Origin: Selaginella moellendorffii | Lineage: Eukaryota > Plantae > Lycopodiophyta | Direction: 5' to 3' | Assembly: GCF_000143415.4 (NCBI RefSeq) | Contig: NW_003314263.1 | Span: 3,245,022 to 3,309,021 of the forward strand | DNA length: 64,000 nucleotides | Shown: one piece after another, positions 38,944 through 53,622 of the stretch | Layout of the letters: each line of letters opens with the position of its first letter | Position numbering within the stretch: the first letter of the stretch is position 1 | Translations under genes and position numbers: made by a program | The notes under the pieces: generated by a model | What the model saw: only the letters and a program-made list of their open reading frames with translations | What the model was told of the DNA's origin: nothing | The model's database searches: none

Positions 38944-40434
38944 GCCAGACATGATTGTGTGTTTGTTGGTTGTGATTTGCATTGCATTACGTCTCTACAA
39001 TAACATGCATCTCTATGTATATTTTGCATGGTTGTGTGTGGTTTGTATTTAACAGTCCTGTGTTTTCAAAAAGAATAAATAAAAAGACGCAATATCGACA
39101 GCTGTGTACACTGTGTAGGTGAAGGATGTCTTCCATGTATTATATGAGCTCCCCAAGACATGCACACCTCAGCTGGAAGACCTGGGATCAAGTAACTCTC
39201 CTGAGCGGGATCCAGCAGTTGCAAAGAGTGGCCTAAAATGGAGCGGCTACGATTTGCTACTTGACCAGGTTCGTGTGACTGCTTTGGAAGCTAACTCAGC
39301 TCTGGTTTGTTTCTCAGTGAACACACGTACTTGGACAAGGTGCTACCTTCGAAGGAGTTTTGACAACGTCTTGATAAGTCATTGCCGTGCGTTCTCAACT
39401 GTAAGTTTTCTAAGCTCTTTACACTTGGTTTTTGTTTTTTCAGCGCTGTACATGAGCCAAGCAGCTCTCTTACGACATGGTCGCGCGCTATACCAATCAT
39501 TCGAGAAGGACCCGAAGCGCCAGAGCATGGGGATCGGGAGTTGATGAGCTCCGACCAGATTGAAGGATCCATTGACCTCTTCCTCTAGGTGCACGCACGG
39601 GTCATGCTCTTCTTGGTCCTGTCTATCATGCCGTCCAGGAATCCATCGATTTAGCTTGGCATCATGTTCTAAAGAGGAGAATATTGGCGATCATGGTGTG
39701 GAGGAGACCATTGTGACACGATCAAGGCTAAGATTAGAATTGCTTGCTCGCAATTGGGATTTTAGCTTGAAATCGGGCCTTGTGTGGGGAGAACAACAAA
39801 AAGAAAAGCATTTGCACTCACGAAATGAGGAGACCACCGTCATGCTTGTGAAGCTTGTCATTTCATTGCCTGCTCGATGACAAAGTTTGCACCTGCGCAG
39901 CATGTATTTGCAGGTCCCGGCTGGTAAGCCATCTTTCAAGTCAGTCCTGCTCTCAAGTCAAGTGTTTTAAACTGAATCACAAAAGGAAAGTCTGCCTTAA
40001 CCAGCTTCGATTTACCTCCTGCTTGGATCTCTCGCAGATGAAGCAACTCCTTTTCAACCTTGATCCAGCTAAGTTCCTCGGACAGCTGTGTTGATACATA
40101 TTTCCGACAGTCTGCAACATGAAAAAGAAGAAAATCTACACAATTTTTGGGTGAGAAGAATTAAGTACCTTGAAGAAAGCCTCCTTCTGGGGCACCAGCT
40201 TACATCAACAAGCGTGGAGCCTCCACTCCGTTTCAAAAACTCCGCAACAGTCATGCGCTAAATTTTGGGATGCCTGAGAAGGTTGCACCGTCGTCTAAAA
40301 GCTGCAACAAAAGGAAGCAACCGGAAGTTTGATCATCTGAGGAGCCGGTGTTGTGAGCTTCTCCAAAAGCTTTGGTTGTCAGGCCCATCTAGAATTTTAC
40401 GTAGCGGTGCCATTGAAGTGGCCATTACCTGGAG

Positions 40435-40483
<49 letters not shown>

Positions 40484-40564
40484 CGGTGTTGTGAGCTTCT
40501 CCAAAAGCTTTGGTTGTCAGGCCCATCTACGTAGCGGTGCCATTGAAGTGGCCATTACCTGGAG

Positions 40565-40604
<40 letters not shown>

Positions 40605-40794
40605 CACAAAGTTTTCCAACGAGCAGCCAGTCCAAGAGAGCGTTAGATGGCAGCCAAGCTCACGTAAAATCGAGATCGCCAAGAGCGTAGAAAATACGTT
40701 CAAGGAGGTCGCAAGTAGAGGCCATCGCATCTAAGATCGATTGAAGAAGAAAGGATGAAAACCAGCGATCGAAACGAGAAAAAAGGAGAACTTA

Positions 40795-42370
40795 CAGTGC
40801 TTGACGAGCAATGATACGGCTTGAGCGGCGGAGTCGCCAAATGTGTAGCACTGGACGAGAGCTCGGACGATCGGCTTAGCGAGAGGGATCGCGAGACCGG
40901 TCATTAAAAGCATGCAAAGCTTGATGCCTCGATCATCTTGAGCAAAGATCTGATTGATCCAAAAGAAAAACTTAAACGCGAGAAGTATCGAAAGAGTTAC
41001 TTCAACCTGCAAAAGCCATTGAGCCAAAGCTCCCACTGTCGAGGCCAAAACGAGCAAAACACCTCCTGTCAAGCACCACTTTGTATGAATCGACTTTAAA
41101 GCTCAAGGCAATGAGGATTGCAAAGCTTGCAATGAATTGCAGCCTGCATGGATCCAAGAACACAGTCAAGAACACACGAATCTTTTGTCTTGTAACCAAA
41201 ACTTACAGCGAGAATGATCGATATGCTTGATAGAGCAGGACTCAAGGATGCAATCCCGTATCTTCCCGAGACACTGCACACGAAACCCATTCCAAAGTTT
41301 GGCTACAAACTGGACGTGAAAGCTCGGTCAAAACTTCCACAGCCGATTCCCATCAAGCACGCCAGTGTTACACAAGGCGCCATGATTCTCAGCTGGATCA
41401 AGAGGATGGTTTTTGCAACTTGAGAGTTTTTCTTCTTCTGAAGCTACCTGAAGTATAGCCATGCTTCTCGTGATCAATCCACTGCTTGTTTTCAATAACA
41501 ATCTGTTTGGAAAGCTTTTCAGATTCTACGACAGAAGGAATGCCGAAAACTTACCCTGTTGTGATTGCATCAATAAGAAAAGCCGCTAATGTGTACATGA
41601 GAATGCCAAGGCTCAAAGGTATCTGATAAAAAAGAGGATGGTGTAAGCGTAGGGGAAAAAAACCGGTTTTCATTTGAGATCTTGCTAAAAGAGGATGAAA
41701 AAAATGACTTCAAGAAACTCGAAACATACCTTAAGGCCGATACCATTGCTATGTGGATTGGTCCATTGATTCCTGTAAGAATTAACGGTGAATTTTGCTC
41801 GATGCTTCAGCTAGAAACTGTATACCTCCAAGGATTATCAGAAAAAATCCTGGTACAATGGACGCATATCTACAAACTTTCGAACTTAGCGAAGAGCACC
41901 ATGAACTCGATGCATACCCGAACGCATCTACGACAGGACCAACACCAAATACAGCAGCAAGAACAAGCTCACGAACTAATCCCTGTGAAGGGGTGAAGAA
42001 AAAACTCAGAAATCTTGCAAAGAATGAAAAACATTTTTAACACGAGAGGGATACAACAAGACTTACCAAGACTTTGCTAAGAGCAGTAGCACTTCCAGTC
42101 ACTCCCGCTAGCTTCAAAAACTTACCACCGCCTTCTGAGAAGAAAATAATGTTGAGAAGAAACGACAAAGAGAAAGAAGAAAAACCTTCGGAGTCATTCT
42201 CGTTGAGCTCAAACAAAGACGTATTGCGAGAGCATACCTGAGCAATTAGTTTGCCGGAAACTAGAAGCCCACTTGAGAGGGAGGCCCTCCTACCGAGAGA
42301 CAAGGAGCCTGGAGGCGAAAAACATGAATCATCACAGCTTCGTTTCTTCTTACCTGGGCACTGACGAACC
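40795..42370 (-). pseudogene. murJ: MurJ/MviN pseudogene copy 3
   Basis: Near-identical to copies 1 and 2. Confidence 0.8.
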
Positions 42371-43151
42371 GATCCATTCGAGAGAAAGACCCACAAGTCG
42401 CTCACACCTCAAGATGACCTTTCTCTCTCTGTTTCTCTCTCAAGAGGGTTTTGGACATCAATGCGGCAATAAGCTATGTCGATCATTAAGAGAGTTTACT
42501 GATTTCGAGAGTTCTCATCCCATTCTTACTCGTGACCTTTTTTCATTTTCTTATTTCAATAAAGATATCGCAAGCTTGTTTGTAACACATATACGGCTGT
42601 GACGTAGACTTTTCCACCACCCCTGTTCTGGTTTAGGGCTCCGTCATGAAGTGGTCCGACACGAAGATTTCTGACAACGTACCGCACGTTTGTTTTAAAA
42701 CACATTAAACCGGTTCGCAGTCTTGTTTTCAAAGAAGTAAATGGGTTGGTATAAGTTTTGACACAACGTACCACACGTCTTTCTTATGTTTGTAAACAAT
42801 GAAAATGTGCTTTGTCGATCATTCATTAAGAGAGTTTATAAGATGTAAAAGATGGTGGCGCAGTTGGTCAACTCTTAGCTCCTGAGGTTTGAGGTCGAGA
42901 GTTCGAGCATCTCTAAGAAAGAATTTCGGGATTATTATTATTATTATTGCATTTTTTCTTTTTTTTTTGGTTTGCTTAACCAAAGAGGATGGTAATGGAT
43001 ATTTAGAATATGCTTGGATATTCAAAGATATTCTACCATCTAACAGTAGTTATTTATTCAGATTAATCTTGTAGTTATAAATTACAAACATGTTTATAAT
43101 TATAAACTTTTATTTGATCAATTAAATCAATAAGTAGAAATAACACTACTA

Positions 43152-44685
43152 TGTGAGTGCTTGGAATATAGAAAGGGAATACAGAAATGTGCATATCAAT
43201 TAGCCTAAAAACCCTAGCTTATATACAGGAGCGAGTGGTCCGGATTGAAACTAATCCGACGCCTACCAAAATCCCACTACACTAATATTAGTATACGGCA
43301 TCGTAGCCGTACACTTGGCCCTCACATCATCCCCCCCTCTCAGGATAATGGAAAACCATCAGGGTTCTCTTGTAGACGGGCCGGGATCTAGAGGAACATC
43401 AGGAGGCATTGGCGGATCTGTAAATGGTATTAACTGCTTCTGATCCCTTTGTATGAAGCGTTTTAACCGCTAGACATGCACAATCTCTGGAGGATCGGCC
43501 TGCTAGACGTCATGCCGAACCTAATAAACTTGTGGTCCAACTTGCCACAACACCCGATACGGTCCTTTCCACTGTGCAAGGAACCCTTTAAATAAACCAC
43601 GTACCGTAAGATGGGGAAAACAAACTAACACCAAATCATCCACTTTGTACTCCGTAGGTGGACGATGATGGGAGTTGTACCACCGTTGTTGTCCCACTTG
43701 TACGTGGCCTAAGTATTTGGTAGACTCTGCTCGGACAAGTGGAAAAATGCTCGTCAAATATTGATCCCATGACCTAGCATTTGTAGCTTGTGGCAATCGC
43801 GAAGGTAAACCCAGCTCCGTTGGTAATATTGGATCATGACCATATAAGAGTTTATATGGTGAAGCACCAACAGAACTCTGCACCCCAATGACATATGCAT
43901 ACCGAAGAGACGGCAAATAACCATCCCAATCCAAATGCTGAAAGTTCACATACTTCGCAATCATCCCCTTGAACGTCTGAACGAGCCATTCCACCAGACC
44001 GTCTGATTGTGGATGATAAGCACTCGTGAAAGTGTGGCGAATCCCCAACCGAGATGTCAAAACATGAAACGCCTCAGCCATAAAAGCGGGACCATTATCC
44101 GAAAGAATCCGCTCTGGACAAGAATGTTGGAACACCACTCGATTGAGGAGGAAGTATCCAACAGCAGTTGCAGAGGCACTAGCAAGAGCACCAACTTCCA
44201 CCCAACGAGTCAAATAGTCAGAAGCAATAATAACATACTCATTGCCAGCAATTGACCGTGGAGAAGGTCCCATAAGATCAAACGCCACCAATTCAAACGG
44301 ACGAGAAACTGCAATTGACTCCAACCGTCCTTCCGCAGTCCGAGGGGGAGTATTACGAGCTTGGCACCAAACACAACTACGCACATACCGGATAATATCA
44401 TGTCGCATCTCCGGCCAATAGAAAGACCTACGTAGCTTCTCGATTACACAACGATGTCCCATATGCCCACCTAGAACAGGAGAATCATGGTAGGCATGGA
44501 GAAACCGCGGAATAAAGATAGAAGGCACCACCAGCCGTAAATGATCATCAGGATTTGTCCCCATAAAACAAAGAAGGCCACCTTCAAGACGATATTGAGA
44601 ATGTAAATGCCGGAAAGGTAAGTCATCAGTAAGTGATGTAGGATTCTCAAACCCATCTCGAAGCCTTCGAATTCATGGCTCAATC
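43152..44685 (-). mobile_element. Ty3/gypsy element: 3' LTR (43152-43326), PPT and integrase, cut by an assembly gap
   Basis: TG...CA LTR, purine tract on the minus strand, integrase ORF 43521-44564 with H-H-C-C (HD...GHMG...C.WC) and D,D-E core (FDLMGP..ILSDNGP..HPQSDGLVE). Same insertion site as 51734. Confidence 0.9.
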
Positions 44686-44874
44686 NNNNNNNNNNNNNNN
44701 NNNNNNNNNNNNNNNNNNNNNNNNNNNNNNNNNNNNNNNNNNNNNNNNNNNNNNNNNNNNNNNNNNNNNNNNNNNNNNNNNNNNNNNNNNNNNNNNNNNN
44801 NNNNNNNNNNNACAACAGGCTCGTCAAAAACATGAGAAGAGAATGAAGACTGGCGACTGCATGGATTTGGCGAC

Positions 44875-46100
44875 TGCATGGAGCCAAGAACACAGTCAAG
44901 AACACACGAATCTTTTGTCTTGTAACCAAAACTTACAGCGAGAATGATCGATATGTTTGATAGAGCAGGACTCAAGGATGCAATCCCGTATCTTCCCGAG
45001 ACACTGCACACGAAAACCCATTCCAAGTTTGGCTACAAACTGGACGAGAAAACTTCGTCAAAACTTCCACAGCCGATTCCCATCAAGCACGCGAGTGTTA
45101 CACAAGGCGCCATGATTCTTAGCTAGAGGTTTTCTTCTTCTGAAGCTACCTGAAGTATAGCCTTCTCGTGATCAATCCACCGCTTGTTTTCAATAACAAT
45201 CTGTTTGGAAAGCTTTTGAGATTCTACGACAGAAGGAATGCTCAAAACTTACCCTGGTGCGATTGCATCAATAAGAAAAGCCGCTAATGTGTACATGAGA
45301 ATGCCAAGGCCCAAAGATATCTGATAAAAAGAGGATGGTGTAAAGGTAGGGGAAAAAAACTGGTTTTCATTTACCACAAACATAGCATGCGAAGTTCTTC
45401 CAATAAGTTCTCGTTTTCTGTCTTCTTCAGCGATCTTGCTAAAAGAGGATGAAAAAAATGACTGAAAGAAACTCGAAACATACCTTAGGGCCGATACCAT
45501 TGCTATGTGGATTGGTCCATTGATTCCTGTAAGAATTAACGATGAGTTTTGCTCGACGCTTCAGCTAGAAACTGTATACCTCCAAGGATTATCAGAAAAA
45601 ATCCTGGTACAATGGACGCATATCTACAAACTTTCGAACTTAGCAAAGAGAACCATGAACTCGATGTATACCTGAACGCATCTACGACAGGACCAACACC
45701 AAATACAGCAGCAAGAACAAGCTCACGAACTAATCCCTGGAAGGGGTGAAGAAAAAACTCAAAAGTCTTGCAAAGAATGAAAAACATTTTTAACACGAGA
45801 GGGATACAACAAGACTTACCAATACTTTGCTAAGAGCAGTAGCACTTCCAATCACTCCCGAGAAGAAAATAATGTTGAGAAGAAACGAACAAAGAGAAAA
45901 GAAGAAAAACCTTTGGAGTCATTGTCGTTGAGCTCAAACAAAGACGTAGCCCGAATCCTTGCGAGAGTCTTCGTTTCTAGCATAACTGAGCACTTAGTTT
46001 GCCGGAAACTAGAAGCCCACTTGAGAGGGAGGCCCTCCTACCGAGAGACAAGGAGGCGAAAAACATGAATCATCACAGCTTCGTTTCTTCTTACCTGGGC
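44875..46100 (-). pseudogene. murJ: MurJ/MviN copy 4 (retains an exon lost in the other copies; 3' part runs into a gap)
   Basis: Contains KIAEEDRKRELIGRTSHAMFV (~45372-45438), which is deleted in copies 1, 2, 3, 5 and 6. Confidence 0.8.
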
Positions 46101-46424
46101 ACATTCGAGAGAAAGACCCACAACTCATCTCAAGATGACCTCTCTCTCTCTCTCTCTCAAGAGGGTTTTGGACATCAATGCGGCAATAAGCTATGTTGAT
46201 CATTAAGAGAGTTTACTGATTAGAAAAATTGTAAGGGATGGTCAGCGCGTAGAAATTCTGAGGTCGAGAGTTCCATTTTTACTCGAGACCTTTTTTCATT
46301 TTTTTTATTTCAATAAAGATACCGCAAGCTTGTTTGTTATATAAGTTTTTAACTATATAAGTACTTCATAACTCAGACACTGTTCCACGGCTGTGACGTC
46401 ATGTTAGAACTTTTCCCTGTTCTG

Positions 46425-46482
46425 ATTTAGGACCATTTCTCGATTTGTGCGTGTCATCCTTGGGCCATGCTAATCTTCTTTG
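46425..46482 (-). ncRNA. U6 snRNA retrocopy, second more decayed copy
   Basis: ATTTAGGACCATTTCTCGATTTGTGCGTGTCATCCTTGGGCCATGCTAATCTTCTTTG, with an internal deletion relative to 30675-30742. Confidence 0.85.
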
Positions 46483-46663
46483 CCTTGTTCTGGTCTGGTG
46501 GGGTTGGGACATTGACAGCGTACCACACTTTTTTTTTAAAACACTAGAGACAACGTCGGGGTTAATCACACACGTTTTACTTATGTCTGTAAACAACATA
46601 CGGCAGCTTGAAATCCTGGGTTGCTATAAAACCCAGGGTAAAATCTTCAAGCAGCACACAAGA

Positions 46664-48125
46664 ATGGCTTCTTCAGGAATTTTCTTCTTTGTTCTTTTTG
46701 TTCTCTATGTTTCTACAGGTATCATCTATCGTCCTTTGAGTGCATCTTTGATGTCATATAAATCTCTGTTTTGTGTGTGTAGTCGCTGCCCAAAACGTGC
46801 ATTTTGGTTATGGAGTTTATCTTCCCACCACGGATCTGGGATCTCCGTTGAGGACCCTGAGGCCCATTTTCAACGAGAGAGCTAACGAATTCCTGCTGAC
46901 CGAGAACTATACCTCTGTCAAAAACAACCATGCCCACACTAGTAACAACGAAGAGCTCTACAAATCAGTAAGCCATGCAACAGTGGCAGTTCCTAATCTG
47001 ATCGGTTGATCACAGTTTGGAGTTACGTTTGGGATGAACGTTCCTATAAAAGTTCTGCAGCTTAACATCGAGGCATCGTTCAACAAGATTGCGGGGAGCA
47101 AGACAAGCATCAGGACCACCTCCGTGTTTGTGGAGTCATACAACCAGAGGATCTACCTCCGGGACCATAGAAGGGCCATCCAAACCCTCCCACTCAACTC
47201 TGATTTCCTCAGTGACTTGCGCAACCTTCCCGAGCCACCCAGCTCCGACAGCGCTTGGGGGCCATACCAATCCTTCTTGAACAAGTGGGGAACGCACTAC
47301 GTGGCCGAGATGTTCCACGGCTCATGGCTGCGCCAGTGGACCGTGGCCTCCTCCACGGCGACGTTCACCCAGCGCCAAATGCAGGCCAAAGCCTGTGCCA
47401 AGCTCACCGGCCTCAAGGGAGTCCTCCCCAACATGGAGGGCTGCGCGGGGATCACTCTTGAGGAGATGCGCGCCGCGGAGGGGATCAACACGCAAGACAC
47501 TCGAGAGGCCCGGGGTGGATCGTCCGCCACCGTCTCGCAGCTGCTCTCGGGTGACATAACCAACGATCTCATCCGGAAGTTCATCGAGGAGGGAGCCACG
47601 AGCAAGGAAGCAGTACGCTACGGCTTCTTTCCAGTGTGGGTGCCCGTCTTGTCTCAGTACATGTCGTCCGCGTCCAAGGAGTGGAGAGTGGCGACGGCGC
47701 TCCAGGCTTACTATGAAGGCTTCCTCGCCTTCAAGTGTCCCCTGGACCAGCTCAACACACCCGCGACTGTCTTGCAGCAGTTTCGGAGGCTCAGCAATGG
47801 CAAGTATCAGTGCGTTCGCCAGTGCCAGGGCTGCAGGCTTGACAAGGATTGCAACCTTAGTGGTGTATCTGGATGCTACTGCTACGGTAACTCGTGCATC
47901 AACGCTCTGGGACCGGATGGCCGAGCTCAGGTTCAGCGGCAGAAGGATAACCTCGACCGTAATGTGCTGCCTAACAGGTCGTGTGAGTACAAGTTTCCTC
48001 AGTGCCGCTGCAACACCAAATCCAAAGAGGCGAACTGTGGTGCTGACAACATGATTCCGATATGGGACCAGGGTCAGAACAGCATTGCGATCGATTCAGA
48101 CATCCTTCTTTATGACGAAGAATGA
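46664..48125 (+). CDS. Secreted MACPF protein, subtype A, copy 3 (3 exons)
   Basis: Same structure. Intact last-exon ORF 47034-48125. Confidence 0.85.
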
Positions 48126-49859
48126 GCCAGACATGATTGTGTTTGTTGTTTGTGATTTGCATTGCATTACGTCTCTACAATAACATGCATCTCTATGTAT
48201 ATTTTGCATGGTTGTGTGTGGTTTGTATTTAACAGTCCTGTGTTTTCAAAAAGAATAAATAAAAAGACGTTAAGTTATACAATATCGGCAGCTGTGTACA
48301 CTGTGTAGGTGAAGGATGTCTTCCATGTACTATATGAGCTCCCCAAGACATGCACATCTCAGCTGGAAGACCTTTCTGTCCTGGCATGAGCGGGATCAAG
48401 TAACTCTCCTGAGCAGGATCCAGCAGTTGCAAAGAGTGGCCTAAACTGGAGCAGCTGCGATCAAGACCTGGTGGCAAATCGTGTATAATTTAATTATCAC
48501 TAAACTGTTGAAATTTTATTTTATTTTTAAACAAACTTGTAGGGATATATATAGAATATCCTTGGATATTCGAAGATATTCTACCATCAAACAAATTAAT
48601 TATGTATTTATAATTCATAAACTTTCTTAAACAATTTTTTATTTGCTTAAGCAAACCGAGGTAGTAGTGATACCTAAAATATGCTTGAATATTCTAGAAT
48701 ATTCTACCATCTAACGGTTGTTATTCATTTAGATTAATTTAAGAACGTGTTTATAATTTATAAACTTTCCTAAAGTATATTCTAAACTTCTATTTTATCA
48801 ATTAAATTAATAAATAAAATAATATTACTATTAAGTAAATCAAATATTGCTGCAAGCAACATGCAGCAAATTAGTAGCATATTCTAGTTTATTTTACCAC
48901 TTAAATTAATTTTGTAGCTATAAAATATAAACATGTTTTTAATTATAAACTTCCATTTAGATTAATAAATAGGAATAACACTATTATTAAACAAACCAAA
49001 AGTTAGAGGGCTATAATGGTGGATAAAACATAGGGTTTAGTTTCATTCCTCCAACAGCAATGGCTGGGTCCAGCCAGGACGAGAGTGGCTATTTTCCTTC
49101 TGACTGGTCGCAGCCAAGGCTTCGATGCAATGGTGCTGTATTATCACTTAGAAGTAATATAAACCTGTTAGTGTTTACTGTTTATTAACATTCACTAAGC
49201 ATTAGATAAAAGAAAACCAAAACAGGAAGCTAGGATTTATAATTTCACCAATAGATGATTTTTAAGTTTGAATTGATCAGTCATCTTTTGCTCAAAATAT
49301 CTCAATTAATTTCTTATTCAACCCACGGTCCAAATTACCAAGTCACTTTTTGTATGCCTACCATGCATATAAAAATACATATTTTCTCAAAATCTAGAAT
49401 GTTCTAGTGCATCGAATCGCTTATGTCCTCCTGCTTGCGCTCACTAGGGAACGCTCGTGGGCTTTAACATACCAGTAGTACGTCAGAGCAGCCACTTTTG
49501 GCGATTCATGAGAGGTTGCAACTTTCTGACGAGAACCAGGAATTCTTTGACGGGAAGGAGATTCTTCTTCGAATATTGATACGGAAGGCCGCTTTGCAAA
49601 AGACTTTTGAGCCGTGATCTCCAGGCCGGTTGAAATCCTCGGTCAAGAGAAAGTTCTGGTACAGAAGTCAGAAGAAGAGGGGGCGTTGGCTCGGCCGCCA
49701 AGAGCTTTGTACCAAAAAGCCNNNNNNNNNNNNNNNNNNNNNNNNNNNNNNNNNNNNNNNNNNNNNNNNNNNNNNNNNNNNNNNNNNNNNNNNNNNNNNN
49801 NNNNNNNNNNNNNNNNNNNNNTGCGATAGAAAAGCCTCTAAATCTCAGCTGCTATCAGC

Positions 49860-50950
49860 TCACGAAACCCATTCCAAAGTTTGGCTACAAACTGGACGTG
49901 AAAGCTCGGTCAAAACTTCCACAGCCGATTCCCATCAAGCACGCCAGTGTTACACAAGGCGCCATGATTCTCAGCTGGATCAAGAGGATGGTTTTTGCAA
50001 CTTGAGAGTTTTTCTTCTTCTGAAGCTACCTGAAGTATAGCCATGCTTCTCGTGATCAATCCACTGCTTGTTTTCAATAACAATCTGTTTGGAAAGCTTT
50101 TCAGATTCTACGACAGAAGGAATGCCGAAAACTTACCCTGTTGTGATTGCATCAATAAGAAAAGCCGCTAATGTGTACATGAGAATGCCAAGGCTCAAAG
50201 GTATCTGATAAAAAAGAGGATGGTGTAAGCGTAGGGGAAAAAAACCGGTTTTCATTTGAGATCTTGCTAAAAGAGGATGAAAAAAATGACTTCAAGAAAC
50301 TCGAAACATACCTTAAGGCCGATACCATTGCTATGTGGATTGGTCCATTGATTCCTGTAAGAATTAACGGTGAATTTTGCTCGATGCTTCAGCTAGAAAC
50401 TGTATACCTCCAAGGATTATCAGAAAAAATCCTGGTACAATGGACGCATATCTACAAACTTTCGAACTTAGCGAAGAGCACCATGAACTCGATGCATACC
50501 CGAACGCATCTACGACAGGACCAACACCAAATACAGCAGCAAGAACAAGCTCACGAACTAATCCCTGTGAAGGGGTGAAGAAAAAACTCAGAAATCTTGC
50601 AAAGAATGAAAAACATTTTTAACACGAGAGGGATACAACAAGACTTACCAAGACTTTGCTAAGAGCAGTAGCACTTCCAGTCACTCCCGCTAGCTTCAAA
50701 AACTTACCACCGCCTTCTGAGAAGAAAATAATGTTGAGAAGAAACGACAAAGAGAAAGAAGAAAAACCTTCGGAGTCATTCTCGTTGAGCTCAAACAAAG
50801 ACGTATTGCGAGAGCATACCTGAGCAATTAGTTTGCCGGAAACTAGAAGCCCACTTGAGAGGGAGGCCCTCCTACCGAGAGACAAGGAGCCTGGAGGCGA
50901 AAAACATGAATCATCACAGCTTCGTTTCTTCTTACCTGGGCACTGACGAA
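49860..50950 (-). pseudogene. murJ: MurJ/MviN pseudogene copy 5 (5' part)
   Basis: Near-identical to ~41280-42370. Starts just after the N-gap 49722-49821. Confidence 0.8.
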
Positions 50951-53622
50951 CCGATCCATTCGAGAGAAAGACCCACAAGTCGCTCACACCTCAAGATGAC
51001 CTTTCTCTCTCTGTTTCTCTCTCAAGAGGGTTTTGGACATCAATGCGGCAATAAGCTATGTCGATCATTAAGAGAGTTTACTGATTTCGAGAGTTCTCAT
51101 CCCATTCTTACTCGTGACCTTTTTTCATTTTCTTATTTCAATAAAGATATCGCAAGCTTGTTTGTAACACATATACGGCTGTGACGTAGACTTTTCCACC
51201 ACCCCTGTTCTGGTTTAGGGCTCCGTCATGAAGTGGTCCGACACGAAGATTTCTGACAACGTACCGCACGTTTGTTTTAAAACACATTAAACCGGTTCGC
51301 AGTCTTGTTTTCAAAGAAGTAAATGGGTTGGTATAAGTTTTGACACAACGTACCACACGTCTTTCTTATGTTTGTAAAACAATGAAATGTGCTTTGTCGA
51401 TCATTCATTAAGAGAGTTTATAACATGTACAAGATGGTGGCGCAGTTGGTCAACTCTTAGCTCCTGAGGTTTGAGGTCGAGAGTTCGAGCATCTCTAAGA
51501 AAGAATTTCGGGATTATTATTATTATTTTTGCATTTTTTCTTTTTTTTTTGGTTTTCTTAACCAAAGAGGATGGTAATGGATATTTAGAATATGCTTGGA
51601 TATTCAAAGATATTCTACCATCTAACAGTCGTTATTTATTCAGATTAATCTTGTATTTATAAATTACAAACATGTTTATAATTATAAACTTTTATTTGAT
51701 CAATTAAATCAATAAGTAGAAATAACACTACTATGTGAGTGCTTGGAATATAGAAAGGGAATACAGAAATGTGCATATCAATTAGCCTAAAAACCCTAGC
51801 TTATATACAGGAGCGAGTGGTCCGGATTGAAACTAATCCGACGCCTACCAAAATCCCACTACGCTAATATTAGTATATGGCATCGTAGCCGTACACTTGG
51901 CCCTCACATCATCCCCCCCTCTCAGGATAATGGAAAACCATCAGGGTTCTCTTGTAGACGGGCCGGGATCTAGAGGAACATCAGGAGGCATCGGCAGATC
52001 TGTAGATGGTATTAACTGCTTCTGATCCCTTTGTATGAAGCGTTTTAACCACTACACATGCACAATCTCTGGAGGATCGGCCTGCTAGACGTCATGCCGA
52101 ACCTAATAAACTTGTGGTCCAACTTGCCACAACACCCGATACGGTCCTTTCCACTGTGCAAGGAACCCTTTAAATAAACCACGTACCGTAAGATGGGGAA
52201 AACAAACTAACACCAAATCATCCACTTTGTACTCCGTAGGTGGACGATGATGGGAGTTGTACCACCGTTGTTGTCCCACTTGTACGTGGCCTAAGTATTT
52301 GGTAGACTCTGCTCGGACAAGTGGAAAAATGCTCGTCAAATATTGATCCCATGACCTAGCATTTGTAGCTTGTGGCAATCGCGAAGGTAAACCCAGCTCC
52401 GTTGGTAATATTGGATCATGACCATATAAGAGTTTATATGGTGAAGCACCAACAGAACTCTGCACCCCAATGACATATGCATACCGAAGAGACGGCAAAT
52501 AACCATCCCAATCCAAATGCTGAAAGTTCACATACTTCGCAATCATCCCCTTGAACGTCTGAACGAGCCATTCCACCAGACCGTCTGATTGTGGATGATA
52601 AGCACTCGTGAAAGTGTGGCGAATCCCCAACCGAGATGTCAAAACATGAAACGCCTCAGCCATAAAAGCGGGACCATTATCCGAAAGAATCCGCTCTGGA
52701 CAAGAATGTTGGAACACCACTCGATTGAGGAGGAAGTATCCAACAGCAGTTGCAGAGGCACTAGCAAGAGCACCAACTTCCACCCAACGAGTCAAATAGT
52801 CAGAAGCAATAATAACATACTCATTGCCAGCAATTGACCGTGGAGAAGGTCCCATAAGATCAAACGCCACCAATTCAAACGGACGAGAAACTGCAATTGA
52901 CTCCAACCGTCCTTCCGCAGTCCGAGGGGGAGTATTACGAGCTTGGCACCAAACACAACTACGCACATACCGGATAATATCATGTCGCATCTCCGGCCAA
53001 TAGAAAGACCTACGTAGCTTCTCGATTACACAACGATGTCCCATATGCCCACCTAGAACAGGAGAATCATGGTAGGCATGGAGAAACCGCGGAATAAAGA
53101 TAGAAGGCACCACCAGCCGTAAATGATCATCAGGATCTGTCCCCATAAAACAAAGAAGGCCACCTTCAAGACGATATTGAGAATGTAAATGCCGGAAAGG
53201 TAAGTCATCAGTAAGTGATGTAGGATTCTCAAACCCATCTCGAAGCCTTCGAATTCATGGCTCAATCTTTTGAGCCTCGCGAACCTCATCAAGAGAAGGT
53301 AGATCTTGCTCTGCATCTTGTGGACACTGAACGTCAAGTATAACAACCGCCGACGGCACAGAATCCTCGTCTAGAAAATCCACAGATGCTGGAACAACAG
53401 GCTCGTCAAAAACATGAGAAGAGAATGAAGAAGGAAGAAGAGCTCGAGAAAGGGCATCAGCATCAGCCATAGAACTCCCTGGGCGGTGAACAACATCAAA
53501 ATTATATATCTGAAGCTTCAAAGCCCACCGAGCAATACGACCAACCAAGTTCTTTCGCTTTAATAACGAAGTAACAGCAGCATGGTCACCTTCAAGTAAC
53601 ATCCGAGAACCATGTAAATATG

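Noticed and set aside
44471-45026. Apparent MurJ-integrase fusion ORFs
   Set aside because: They read through an N-gap, so the junction is an assembly artefact or unresolved.
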